Below, one piece after another: positions 45,993 to 46,140 of a DNA stretch of 46,140 nt (within the stretch, counting starts at the first letter, position 1; every line of letters begins with the position of its first letter). Source of the stretch: Tubiluchus corallicola. Its lineage: Eukaryota > Animalia > Priapulida. The DNA lies in assembly GCA_030141605.1 (NCBI GenBank), contig JAQGDQ010001339.1, positions 1 to 46,140 on the forward strand, read 5' to 3'. The notes under the pieces are model-generated. The model did no database searches. It had not been told where the DNA came from and saw only the letters and a list, made by a program, of their open reading frames with translations. The translations under genes were made by a program, and so were the position numbers.

Positions 45993-46140
45993 GTTCAGTG
46001 AAGCAGTTGTTCTACTCATGTTTCTGTAGTTTTAATAAACACTTTTCTGTTGTGTGCAGTGCAAATATGTATTATAGATTTTTTATTCCTATTTTTGTGC
46101 CTAAACTCAATCATAACAAAGTGAGTGAACAACAACTTCA

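Overview
AT-rich, repeat-dense genomic DNA from an invertebrate animal, most likely a protostome judging by the Duox type; it is spliced eukaryotic sequence, not prokaryotic. The right half holds the 3' part of a dual oxidase (Duox) gene on the minus strand. I reconstructed 12 GT-AG exons by hand (44052 to the stop at 26001; 2160 nt, 719 aa, all phases consistent), covering the EF-hands, ferric-reductase TM domain and FAD/NADPH domains; the peroxidase-domain exons lie beyond the window. Inside the largest Duox intron (35271-40271), on the opposite strand, is an intact 247-aa ORF for a secreted precursor. It has a signal peptide and two 104-aa tandem units, each ending in a six-cysteine C-x20-C-x2-C-x13-CC-x8-C domain that resembles centipede scoloptoxin-03 / CHH-ITP-fold peptides. 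This nested gene is the most notable item. The left 25 kb has no confidently identified gene. It consists of microsatellites, several unrelated minisatellites (one carrying ~15 CTCF-like motifs, one built from a transposon terminus), TTAA-targeting piggyBac-like and Kolobok-like MITEs, LINE fragments, a bipartite RTE-derived non-autonomous element and solo LTRs. Family assignments rest on remembered motifs, not on database searches.
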